Assembly (NCBI GenBank): GCA_964396655.1
Contig: CAYNFP010000004.1
Span: forward strand, 47,310 to 111,309
Length of the DNA: 64,000 nt
Source of the DNA: an uncultured Muribaculaceae bacterium
Lineage (GTDB): Bacteria; Bacillota_I; Bacilli_A; RF39; UBA660
Reading direction: 5' to 3'
Below are positions 9,058 through 18,266 of the stretch, piece by piece; position 1 is the first letter of the stretch; every line of letters starts with the position of its first letter. Position numbers and translations under genes: made by a program. The notes under the pieces were generated by a model. That model was given only the letters and a program-made list of their open reading frames with translations, was not told where the DNA came from and did not search any database.

Positions 9058-9448
9058 ATATTTCTCCTTTATAATCCCATAAACCCAAATTACCCTTAAT
9101 ATTTATTCGTTCTATTTCTTTAACATCTTCTAGCTTAAATGCATAACCTTCCCAATCATTTTTGGTTATTGTCCATTTATAAACATTTGGATTTTTTTTA
9201 TATAAATATTGTCCAAATTCATCTGTTAAAGTAATACAATCAACAAGATTAACTTTAGCAATTATTTGACCTCTTGGATAATCTAATTTTAAATATTCAA
9301 ATCTTTTCATGGCTTCAGCATCTATATTATTACCTGCATGTATTAAAAGCTGCCCTCTATATTTTGTGTTCCAAGTTCTAAATTCATATTCTTTATATCC
9401 TTTTGCTATTAATGTTGCCCAGGGTTGTTTTATAGTTATTACTTTCAT
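9041..9448 (-). CDS. ASCH (ASC-1 homology, PUA-like) domain protein
   Basis: N-terminal MKVITIKQPWATLIAKGYKEYEFR is the typical ASCH start. 135 aa. Confidence 0.75.
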   Translation of the reverse strand: MKVITIKQPWATLIAKGYKEYEFRTWNTKYRGQLLIHAGNNIDAEAMKRFEYLKLDYPRGQIIAKVNLVDCITLTDEFGQYLYKKNPNVYKWTITKNDWEGYAFKLEDVKEIERINIKGNLGLWDYKGEIYERNN

Positions 9449-9479
9449 ATTATTTATCCATCCTTACAATTAAATTTTA

Positions 9480-10085
9480 TCATAAATTATCTTTTATTTC
9501 TGGAAATAAATCATACAGATTATGTCCTAAAAGATTATCAAAATATTTTTTTAATTTAATAGTTTGTTCAATGTGATAATGTGTTTTAGAATAAACACCG
9601 TGCCTTAAAAGTAAATCTATCATTCTCTTATCTACTGTGTATATTTTTTGAGCACACATTAAATCACATAAATTAATTATTTTCTCATATATCGTATATT
9701 CTTTTTTTATATATTCTTTTATAAATTCATAATTAGAGTTTGTCTTATCTGTCTCATCTCTATCATTCGCTAAACAATCAATATCGTTGTTTAAAAATGA
9801 ATGCTTAATACATATTCCTACATAATCTTCATCATATCCTAATTCTTTTAGATAATTATAACCATTAATAGCATGTGGAATTACGCCTCCACCTTTTTTG
9901 AATTGTTTACCAATATCATGAATATATCCCAAAGTTTTTGCATATTCACTATCTAAGTTTAAAGCTTTTGCAATTTTACAAGCCGCATTCCCAACACATA
10001 TACTATGTTCTACCCAAAATTTGTTATCTTCATTAATATGTAATTTATTTAATAAATCCAATGCAGTTTCATTTTTTAATTCCAT
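9480..10085 (-). CDS. HD-domain metal-dependent phosphohydrolase
   Basis: H...HDIGK motif (HSICVGNAA...GYIHDIGK). 201 aa. Confidence 0.75.
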   Translation of the reverse strand: MELKNETALDLLNKLHINEDNKFWVEHSICVGNAACKIAKALNLDSEYAKTLGYIHDIGKQFKKGGGVIPHAINGYNYLKELGYDEDYVGICIKHSFLNNDIDCLANDRDETDKTNSNYEFIKEYIKKEYTIYEKIINLCDLMCAQKIYTVDKRMIDLLLRHGVYSKTHYHIEQTIKLKKYFDNLLGHNLYDLFPEIKDNL

Positions 10086-10138
10086 TCCTTCACCTAACTT
10101 TCTAAAATTTTTTTCATTTATATTTTAAAATACTATAT

Positions 10139-11323
10139 CTAACATTTATTTAAAACACATAAACATTCAATATGATGGGTATAAGGAAACATATCTAATA
10201 TATAAGTATTATTTAAGTTATAATAATTTAATAATTCCTTTAAGTCTCTAACTAATGTAAATGCGTCACATGAAACATATATTATTTTATCTGGTAAAAC
10301 TTTTATAACATTACTTAGCGTTTCTTTATTTAAGCCGGATCTTGGGGGATCTAATATTAAAGTATCTATTTTTTCTATATAATTTATGAATGTAGATGAA
10401 TCACCCAATTCAAACTTTATATTATTTATTCCATTTAATATTTTATTTTCATTAGCGTCATCAATATTGCTTTCTTGGTCATCAATTCCAATGACTTCCT
10501 TAGCTTTTTTGCTAGCCACCATACCAAGAGTACCAACCCCACAAAATAAATCCAATACAGTGCCACTATTTGAGTTCTCTTCAATTATATTAAAAAGCTT
10601 AGAAGAAATAGAATTATTAATTTGAAAAAATGATTTATATGATACTTTGAATTTTAAATCGTTTATTTTTTCAATAAAATAATTATTGCCATAAATAACT
10701 TTATCATTTACAATTATTCCTACTACATTATCGATTTTTAATTTATTAAAATCTATTTTTTCAAAAGTATTTATTGAAATAATTATTTTATTATCAGAAT
10801 TTTTTCTTATTAAAATTTCTGCATTCTTAATTTTTAAAGACTTAATTAAATTTATTATATTATTAATTTCATCAGAAACTAATAAACATTTATTTATTTC
10901 AAATACTTTATTTTCTTCGTTAAATAAACCAACTATTCTATTCTTGATATGAATAATTATCTTATTCCTATATTCTAAAGTTTTATCACTTTTAATTACA
11001 TTTATATTATTTAAATCTATATTTAAAAATCTTTTAAATATTTCTTTAGCTTTAGTCTCTTTATATTTAATGGTATCTTCATATTTTAAATTAAGTAAAT
11101 TACACCCTCCACATATATCAAAATAAGGACAAACACTATCAATTCTATTATTAGATTTTTTTATTATTTTTGTTATTTTGCCTTCATAAAATTTTTTAGT
11201 TTCTTTTGTTACCTCTACCTCTATAATATCTCCGGGCAAAGATTTAGGCACAAAAATTACTTTACCATCAATGTAAGATATTCCCCTACCCATATTGTCT
11301 AGTTTTTCTATTTTTATTTCCAT
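10139..11323 (-). CDS. RNA (uracil-C5)-methyltransferase, RumA/RlmCD/TrmA family, with TRAM domain and Fe-S Cys cluster
   Basis: N-terminal TRAM-like segment, CPYFDICGGC cluster, SAM motif VLDLFCGVGTLG, DPPRSG, catalytic YVSCD. Confidence 0.8.
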   Translation of the reverse strand: MEIKIEKLDNMGRGISYIDGKVIFVPKSLPGDIIEVEVTKETKKFYEGKITKIIKKSNNRIDSVCPYFDICGGCNLLNLKYEDTIKYKETKAKEIFKRFLNIDLNNINVIKSDKTLEYRNKIIIHIKNRIVGLFNEENKVFEINKCLLVSDEINNIINLIKSLKIKNAEILIRKNSDNKIIISINTFEKIDFNKLKIDNVVGIIVNDKVIYGNNYFIEKINDLKFKVSYKSFFQINNSISSKLFNIIEENSNSGTVLDLFCGVGTLGMVASKKAKEVIGIDDQESNIDDANENKILNGINNIKFELGDSSTFINYIEKIDTLILDPPRSGLNKETLSNVIKVLPDKIIYVSCDAFTLVRDLKELLNYYNLNNTYILDMFPYTHHIECLCVLNKC

Positions 11324-11336
11324 ACTTAAATTATAA

Positions 11337-11366
11337 ATAAAAAAGATAACTTTTACAAGTTATCTT
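11337..11366 (-). terminator. intrinsic terminator after the CofE-like gene
   Basis: 10-bp stem aagataactt/aagttatctt, loop ttac, followed by TTTTTTATTT on the minus strand. Confidence 0.75.
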
Positions 11367-12558
11367 AGTCTTCATCTGAATAGTTTTTAAAATATCTTTG
11401 AACTAATACTACAGGTGTTCCTTTATCTCCACTACCTGATGTAAGGTCACAAAGAGAACCGATTAAATCAACATATCTTCTAGGGGTTGTTCCCTGAGTT
11501 TCAATCTTACCAATTAAATTATGTTCTTTTTCTCTAATTTCTCCCCTAATAGCATCATTTAAAGCTTCACCATCTAAATTTTTATATTTATTATCAGATA
11601 AATATTTTAATTTAAGCTCATTTGGTCCACCTTCAAGTCCACTAGTATAAGCCGGACTTACCACTGGGTCTGCAAGTTCCCAAATCTGACCAACTGGATC
11701 TTTAAATGCTCCATCTCCATAAATCATTACTTCAACAGTTTTTCCTGTTTTTTCTTTGATTTTATTTTGTATAGCACGAACTATTATATCTCCGTTAGCT
11801 GGAAATAATTTTACTCTTTCTTCGGTAGATCTGTTTGATCCAAGTAAACCATATTGTGGATTGCATCCACTTCCATCAATACTTCTATTCATTATTTCAT
11901 CTAAGCCAAGAACTACTCTTCCACCATTATTTTTTAATACCTTTTTTGTTTCTTTTCTTGTATGAATATCTGCACATATTACGTCTTTTGTATAATTTAT
12001 TATACTTACTGGATTATTACTTAATACAAACTCGATTTCACAACCTTCTTTTTGAACCACTTCTCTATAAAAATCAATCATATTTACACCAGTAAACATA
12101 TGTTTGAAATCACCAAATTTTTCTTCATACTCTTCTTCTGTTATAACATCACTAAATGGATTTATTCCATAATACTTAAGTTTAGTTCTATCTAATATAT
12201 CATTTCCAACTTCATCAGACGGATAACTTACAAGCATGGTTATTTTTTTGGTTGCTCTTGCAAAAGCTTGGAGACAAACAGCAAATCTATTTCTGCTAAG
12301 TATAGGAAATACTATACCCAAGTGATCTGTATTAAATTTCATTCTAACGTCTTTAGCAATTTGATCTAGTGTAGCATAGTTTCCAGAACTAATACCAACA
12401 ACCGCTTCTGTAATTGCAATTACATCTCTATCTTCTAATTCAAATTCTTCAGTTAAAGAAGCATTTATTACAGAATTAACAACTATTTCTACTAAATCGT
12501 CCCCCTCATTTATTATTGGAGTTCTTATACCCCTTACAACTGTTCCAACACTACTCAT
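11365..12558 (-). CDS. CofE-like (F420-0:gamma-glutamyl ligase family) protein of unknown role
   Basis: N-terminal VRGIRTPIINEGDDLVEIV...DRDVIAITEAVVGISSG fits the CofE fold pattern. 397 aa. Confidence 0.6.
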   Translation of the reverse strand: MSSVGTVVRGIRTPIINEGDDLVEIVVNSVINASLTEEFELEDRDVIAITEAVVGISSGNYATLDQIAKDVRMKFNTDHLGIVFPILSRNRFAVCLQAFARATKKITMLVSYPSDEVGNDILDRTKLKYYGINPFSDVITEEEYEEKFGDFKHMFTGVNMIDFYREVVQKEGCEIEFVLSNNPVSIINYTKDVICADIHTRKETKKVLKNNGGRVVLGLDEIMNRSIDGSGCNPQYGLLGSNRSTEERVKLFPANGDIIVRAIQNKIKEKTGKTVEVMIYGDGAFKDPVGQIWELADPVVSPAYTSGLEGGPNELKLKYLSDNKYKNLDGEALNDAIRGEIREKEHNLIGKIETQGTTPRRYVDLIGSLCDLTSGSGDKGTPVVLVQRYFKNYSDED

Positions 12559-12622
12559 GTTTGGTTCCTCCTATCTTATAGTAACATTATAACATTAGTT
12601 TATAATTTTTTAAATTAATTAA

Positions 12623-12652
12623 CAAAAAATCCATAATTTTTTATTATGGATT
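12623..12652 (-). terminator. intrinsic terminator after the LysM lipoprotein gene
   Basis: 10-bp stem aatccataat/attatggatt, loop ttttt, followed by a T-run on the minus strand. Confidence 0.65.
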
Positions 12653-12667
12653 CTATTTTATACAATT

Positions 12668-13258
12668 TTATAAATTAGTAATTTTTAGTTCTCTTAACAT
12701 AGAAACTTGTTTATAACAATCAGAATAATCTCTTGATTTTACTTTATCAAGTTTATCCTTTGATGGTATTTTTAATTCTTGACCTATTTTTATAAAATTT
12801 GGGTCTTCTAAATTATTAAAAGTAGCAAGTTTATTTACTGTATCTCTACTACCATCTCCATCATAATAATTTTCACATATTTCTGATAAAGTATCTCCTT
12901 TTTGTACAGTATAAATTTTAACTTCTCCTTCTTCATATCCATAACAAGCTTGAAATAATTCTCTTAAAGTTTTAGGAACATATATTTTTTGACCTATTCT
13001 TATAAAATTTGGATCCTCTATACTATTATATATTGCAAGTTCTTTATAGTATTGTGAATCATCATAAAATTTTCTGGAAATTTTTCTTAGTGTATCTCCT
13101 TTTTCAACAATATAGCATTTATCATCTTTGAATTTTGCTCCTATATATACTGTTTCTCCTTCTGAACCTCTATTTTGATTTTTACCACAAGCTGAAAAAC
13201 CAAATAACATACCTGCTGCTAATACTAAAGCAAGTGCTTTTTTACCATTTGTACTCAT
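12668..13258 (-). CDS. lipoprotein with two LysM domains
   Basis: Lipobox LFGFSAC. Two copies of the Y.V.KGDTL..I......Y...N.L.DPN.I.IGQ.L.IP pattern. Confidence 0.8.
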   Translation of the reverse strand: MSTNGKKALALVLAAGMLFGFSACGKNQNRGSEGETVYIGAKFKDDKCYIVEKGDTLRKISRKFYDDSQYYKELAIYNSIEDPNFIRIGQKIYVPKTLRELFQACYGYEEGEVKIYTVQKGDTLSEICENYYDGDGSRDTVNKLATFNNLEDPNFIKIGQELKIPSKDKLDKVKSRDYSDCYKQVSMLRELKITNL

Positions 13259-13318
13259 AGTGCCCTCCTTGCGAGTATTATATTATAAATTAACAAAAAA
13301 ATAAAGTAGAATTTTTTT

Positions 13319-14308
13319 CTACTTTATTAATGCTACTGTTGATGTTGATGATGCTATTTGAAGTAATTCTTCTTCAGTTAAATTTTGACCTATTATATAA
13401 TAATCCATTCCATCTTTAGTCCAACTAACTGATGTATCTGTTAAAGCTCCTAATATTGTTTCATAAAATATTAAGTCTCCTGATGCTGATGTTACTTCAA
13501 ATTCTTTAGATGCATTTGCCATTTCTTCAACTAATATAAATGATTTATCTCCACCAAATGTTAATATTACTCTTTCTGAATCCTCATTTTTTACAACTTC
13601 TTGATTTTGAAAAGTTGTTCCAATTGGTAAATACATTGGATAAATAATATCTTCTATTTTACCTGTTGATTCACTTTCTTCACAGCAATCTTCTTTTATA
13701 CTGGAACTAAGTACAAAATATTCTTTGTCAAATTTTTTGTTCCATTCTATTTTAGTAATAGTCATAGTAATTTGAGCTGAACCACTTTCATTTAATATTT
13801 CTATTTTTTCAGGCTCCATTTTTTTATTAAATGTTACTCTTTGACTAACAAGATTACTATTATTTGGATAGTTTACATTACTGGTAAAAACATATTTATT
13901 ATCAACTTTTTGAAAATTTCTATTACTATCATTTTCAATATCATTAAGTATTGTTTCTAATATATATGCTTGAGAACTATTATTTGGCCAATCACTTTGG
14001 AATTTAAAACTTTTGTTTAGATTAGGTGTAATTACATAAACTCCTTCATCATTTTTTAGTATTATTTGTTCGTGTGAGTTTTCAGTATTTATTAAATCAA
14101 CTCTGTAATAATCACCCTCTTTATATGAAACTTCCACATCATAAGTAAATTTCTTTTCATTGCTTAAAATTTGCATTGTTCCTTCTAATTGATATGTTGT
14201 ATTTTCATTTATTTGTTTTTTGAAATCTTCTAAAGCTTTTTTAGAATTATAACCTCCACACCCAGTTAACATTAAGCAAAATCCAAGCAATAACAATAAT
14301 TTTTTCAT
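13319..14308 (-). CDS. lipoprotein, LolA/RseB-like fold (YdcC-type)
   Basis: Lipobox LMLTGCGG. The N-terminal half resembles LolA-like lipoprotein-sorting domains of Firmicutes. Confidence 0.55.
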   Translation of the reverse strand: MKKLLLLLGFCLMLTGCGGYNSKKALEDFKKQINENTTYQLEGTMQILSNEKKFTYDVEVSYKEGDYYRVDLINTENSHEQIILKNDEGVYVITPNLNKSFKFQSDWPNNSSQAYILETILNDIENDSNRNFQKVDNKYVFTSNVNYPNNSNLVSQRVTFNKKMEPEKIEILNESGSAQITMTITKIEWNKKFDKEYFVLSSSIKEDCCEESESTGKIEDIIYPMYLPIGTTFQNQEVVKNEDSERVILTFGGDKSFILVEEMANASKEFEVTSASGDLIFYETILGALTDTSVSWTKDGMDYYIIGQNLTEEELLQIASSTSTVALIK

Positions 14309-14437
14309 AACCCTCCCTTTTTATTTGTCAATAAATTATATTTTTTTTTATATTATTTATGAATAAAAACTTTAAAAATGGTAAAACTAACTAATGATTA
14401 TTAAGGATAATGATTAAACCCTTGGGAAGGAGGGAAA

Positions 14438-14659
14438 ATGAGCATATTACAGAAAATAGCATTAGTATTAACAATAATAGGTGCACTTAACTGGGGAATG
14501 ATTGGATTATTTGATTTTAGCTTAGTAAGTAGTATTTTTGGAGTAGATACTGCAATGACAAGAATTGTGTATACATTAGTTGGTATTGCTGGCTTAATTA
14601 ATATTGGATTATTATTTGTCCGTGATCATGATAAAGATGTTCATAGAGAAATTAAATAA
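14438..14659 (+). CDS. DUF378 family small membrane protein
   Basis: LTIIGALNWGMIGLFDFSLV motif. GGAGGG SD. 73 aa. Confidence 0.8.
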   Translation: MSILQKIALVLTIIGALNWGMIGLFDFSLVSSIFGVDTAMTRIVYTLVGIAGLINIGLLFVRDHDKDVHREIK

Positions 14660-14686
14660 AAAAAAAGAATAATAATTTCTTTTTTT

Positions 14687-15871
14687 TTACTTTGAAAAGT
14701 TTAAAAATTTATATTTTTCATTAAAGAAAATAAATATTATTTTTAATAAGGCAACTACTGGTGTTGCTATTATCATTCCTATTATACCAAAGAAGTATCC
14801 AAATATTAATAATGCTATTAGTATTGTTACAGGATGTAAGTGCATCTTTTTACTCATAAATAGTGGAGTTAAAAAGTTACCTTCTAATGTTTGAGTTATT
14901 AAAATAAATACTAATGTTAAAATTCCCACTACATTTGATTGAGTAAATCCTATTGCTCCTGCCACAGCAGCTCCCATATATGGTCCGATGTATGGAATTA
15001 AATTTGTTACTCCACAAACAACCGCTATTAACAATGCTGCTTTTAATCCTATAATAGAAAATCCTATAAATGATATAACTGTTAAAATAAGAGATAATAG
15101 TAAAGTCCCATTAACATATTCACGTACAGTAGAACTTATTTTTCCTAATAAATCAGAAGCTTCATCTCTATATCTCAAAGGGAGTAAATTTAAAAATCCT
15201 TTTGAAACATTATTAAAATTAAATAACATATAGAATCCAACAACAAAACTTAATAATATTACCCCTATTCCACTTATCATACTTGATATAAAATTTATTG
15301 TTTTAGTAGGTAAATTTGTTTGAACTCCATTTGCAACTTTTTCAATTGATTCAAAAAATTGTATTTTAACATTATCCAAGTTTTCCAAACTCAAATCAGA
15401 CAATTTATCAAATATGTTTTCTACCCATGATTTTAAATCTGCTAATATTGAAGGTATTGTCGCAACAATATCTTTAATTTGATTTGCTAAAGCTGGTAAA
15501 ATTGCTAATGTAAATAAATATAAAACTCCAATTAAAAGAGCAAAAACAATTATTACTGCTAATGTTCTATTAACTTTCCATTTTGTTAATTTATTTACTA
15601 AAGGATTTAAAATCCACGCAATAACAAATCCTATAAATAAAGGACTTATTATAGATAATGTTTTTAATATAAAAGGAAATATTTTAAATTCTTTTAAAAC
15701 TAACACTCCTATATAAACTAGTAATATAATAAGTACTATATACAAAATTCTCATTATTTTTTCTCCAGTACCTATCATATTATTTAAGTTAGAAACATTT
15801 ATTCTATTTAAAAACGATTTTTTTTCTTCTTTGTTATTTTTATCACTTGGCTTTTCCATATATCTCTCCAT
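14687..15871 (-). CDS. AI-2E family transporter (PerM/YtvI-like, UPF0118)
   Basis: Multi-TM protein with IPYIGPYMGA and the typical family length. Confidence 0.75.
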   Translation of the reverse strand: MERYMEKPSDKNNKEEKKSFLNRINVSNLNNMIGTGEKIMRILYIVLIILLVYIGVLVLKEFKIFPFILKTLSIISPLFIGFVIAWILNPLVNKLTKWKVNRTLAVIIVFALLIGVLYLFTLAILPALANQIKDIVATIPSILADLKSWVENIFDKLSDLSLENLDNVKIQFFESIEKVANGVQTNLPTKTINFISSMISGIGVILLSFVVGFYMLFNFNNVSKGFLNLLPLRYRDEASDLLGKISSTVREYVNGTLLLSLILTVISFIGFSIIGLKAALLIAVVCGVTNLIPYIGPYMGAAVAGAIGFTQSNVVGILTLVFILITQTLEGNFLTPLFMSKKMHLHPVTILIALLIFGYFFGIIGMIIATPVVALLKIIFIFFNEKYKFLNFSK

Positions 15872-15915
15872 TCTAAGAGAATTATATCATATTAATATCT
15901 TAAAAAAAAGTCCTT

Positions 15916-16047
15916 TTAAGAACTCTTTTTTGTGCTTTGCGGTTTTAATTTCTCAATATTTTTTACTATTTTTTTATTATACTTAGTTGCTAAATAACCT
16001 GCACCTAATCCTATACCCATCCAAAGTAAGTTCTTCATACCCTTCAT
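15916..16047 (-). CDS. small membrane protein (43 aa, MKGMKNLLWMGIGLGAGYLATKYNKKIVKNIEKLKPQSTKKSS)
   Basis: Found by hand; below the ORF-track size cut-off. AAAGGAGAG SD 8 nt upstream of the ATG. Gly-zipper TM segment followed by a basic tail. Confidence 0.5.
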   Translation of the reverse strand: MKGMKNLLWMGIGLGAGYLATKYNKKIVKNIEKLKPQSTKKSS

Positions 16048-16097
16048 AACACCCACTCTCCTTTAGTATTATTATTTACTATAAAAGTTATTTTATA

Positions 16098-18245
16098 CTA
16101 TAAGAGATTTTGTAAATAAGTAATTCTTTTAGAGGAATAATTAGATAATATAGAAAAGTTAAGACTTTCTTTTTGTCCTATAATCATTAAACTCTTTTTA
16201 GCTCTAGTACATCCGGTATAAACAAGTTTATTATAAAACATCCTCTTATGAGAATTAGCGAGTATTACTACTACATTATCATATTCACTGCCTTGACTTT
16301 TATGAATACTCATTGCATATGATAAATTTATTTTATCAAAGTTATCTGATTCATAAGTAACTATATTTCCAGAAAAATCTATTTCAATACTTTTTTTAGG
16401 ATATAAATTAATTTGTTTTATATACCCAATATCGCCATTATATATATTATTATCTATGTCATTTACTAATTGTATAACTTTATCATCTTCTCTAAATGTT
16501 ATATTTGAAAAATTTAATTCTCTTTTGCCTTCTATATATGGATTAAACACTTGTTGCATAACTAAATTTAAATTATCTATACCATTTATTCCACTATACA
16601 TTGGTACAAGTACTTGAAATTCATCTAATGAAATATTTTTATTTTTTATTTTATTACAAATTAATAATAAATATTTAATAATATCATTATCACTAGATTC
16701 TATAAATTTAAAATCATCATAATTTATTATTTCATTTAAAACTTCTTTGTTTTTAATCTTTTCAGCAAGTATATTAATATATGAATCATGACTTGTTCTA
16801 TAAATTGTAGTTAAATATTTTTTATTAATATTTTCAGAATTCAAAATATCATGTAATAAATTACCTGGATTAATACTAGGTAATTGATTAGCATCTCCAA
16901 CTAATATTAATTTTACTGTGTCGTTTAAAGATTCTAATAAAGAAGAAAATAAAAATATATCCACCATACTAAATTCATCTACTATAACTATTTTTGCATT
17001 ACTTTTATTATTTTGATTTAAACCAAAAGTCCCTTCCTCTTTATTCCATTTTAAAAATTTATGTATTGTTGAAGCTGGTAAAATAACACTTTCTGACAAT
17101 CTTTTTGCACTTCTTCCAGTAGGCGCTAAAAGAGCTATAGAATTTTTATCTTCATAAAAATCAACTATTGCTTTAATAATAGTGGTTTTACCAGTACCAG
17201 GCCCTCCACTTATAATAAACAAATTATTAATTATACTTCCTTTGATAGCGTCTTTTTGATCTTTATTTAAAACTATTTTATTAATATTCTCAAACATTTC
17301 TATTTGATTATTTATTATAGAAGTTTTTGTATTACTTTTTACTTTATTGTATATTCTTAAATGCCCTGAAATTAAATTTTCACAATCATAAAATATATTT
17401 AGCATTAAATAATTATCAAATTTATATATTTTATACTGCGCAATTAAATTTTCTAAATATAATTCTAAATTTGATACATTAAATTCACTTTTAAAATAAC
17501 TTTTAAATTCTAAATGTAAAGATTCTTCACTAACCATTGTATTTCCAGTTTTATAACATATTTTTTTAATACAATATAATATAATATTTTCAATACGAAG
17601 ATCACTATTAGATTCATTATATTTTAAATATATATTATCAATCTTTTCAAAATCTATAATATTGGTTAAAATATATAAATTAGTTTTTAAAATATCAGGT
17701 ATATTTAACTTATAATTTTTTATTATTTTAATACTCTCATTAACACTAAATCCAAGCTTAGTTAAATCAATTATCATCTTTTCTTCTTCATTAGTAGTGT
17801 TTATTTTTTTGTTCAAAGCTTCTGCTTTTTTCAAACTTAATCCATATACTGTTGAAATAGATAAAGGATCATTTTTAATAACATCTAAAGTTTTATCTCC
17901 AAATTTATCAACTATTCTCTTAGCAAGTTTTAACCCTATACCTTCAAAATATCCACTTCCTAAATATGATATAATTTCTTCATTATTTGAAGGATTAATT
18001 ATTTCATAATTATTAACACTAAACTGAAGCCCATATTTAGGATGATTAATTAAAGTACCATAAAATTTATAATTTAATTCGGTATTTAAAGAATTAAAGT
18101 TTCCTACAAAATATATAGTGTGATTAACATATTCAACTAATTCTTCATAGCTTGTTTCTCTCACTTTAAAAATTCCTACTTTGTAGGAATTAGCGTCATT
18201 TTCATAAATTATTCTTCTAATATTTCCAATAATATATGTATCCAT
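16098..18245 (-). CDS. recD2: ATP-dependent RecD2-like SF1B DNA helicase
   Basis: Walker A GGPGTGKTT, DEFSMVD, C-terminal SIHKSQGSEY. 715 aa. Confidence 0.85.
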   Translation of the reverse strand: MDTYIIGNIRRIIYENDANSYKVGIFKVRETSYEELVEYVNHTIYFVGNFNSLNTELNYKFYGTLINHPKYGLQFSVNNYEIINPSNNEEIISYLGSGYFEGIGLKLAKRIVDKFGDKTLDVIKNDPLSISTVYGLSLKKAEALNKKINTTNEEEKMIIDLTKLGFSVNESIKIIKNYKLNIPDILKTNLYILTNIIDFEKIDNIYLKYNESNSDLRIENIILYCIKKICYKTGNTMVSEESLHLEFKSYFKSEFNVSNLELYLENLIAQYKIYKFDNYLMLNIFYDCENLISGHLRIYNKVKSNTKTSIINNQIEMFENINKIVLNKDQKDAIKGSIINNLFIISGGPGTGKTTIIKAIVDFYEDKNSIALLAPTGRSAKRLSESVILPASTIHKFLKWNKEEGTFGLNQNNKSNAKIVIVDEFSMVDIFLFSSLLESLNDTVKLILVGDANQLPSINPGNLLHDILNSENINKKYLTTIYRTSHDSYINILAEKIKNKEVLNEIINYDDFKFIESSDNDIIKYLLLICNKIKNKNISLDEFQVLVPMYSGINGIDNLNLVMQQVFNPYIEGKRELNFSNITFREDDKVIQLVNDIDNNIYNGDIGYIKQINLYPKKSIEIDFSGNIVTYESDNFDKINLSYAMSIHKSQGSEYDNVVVILANSHKRMFYNKLVYTGCTRAKKSLMIIGQKESLNFSILSNYSSKRITYLQNLL

Positions 18246-18266
18246 ATATATATTTTACCAAATTAT

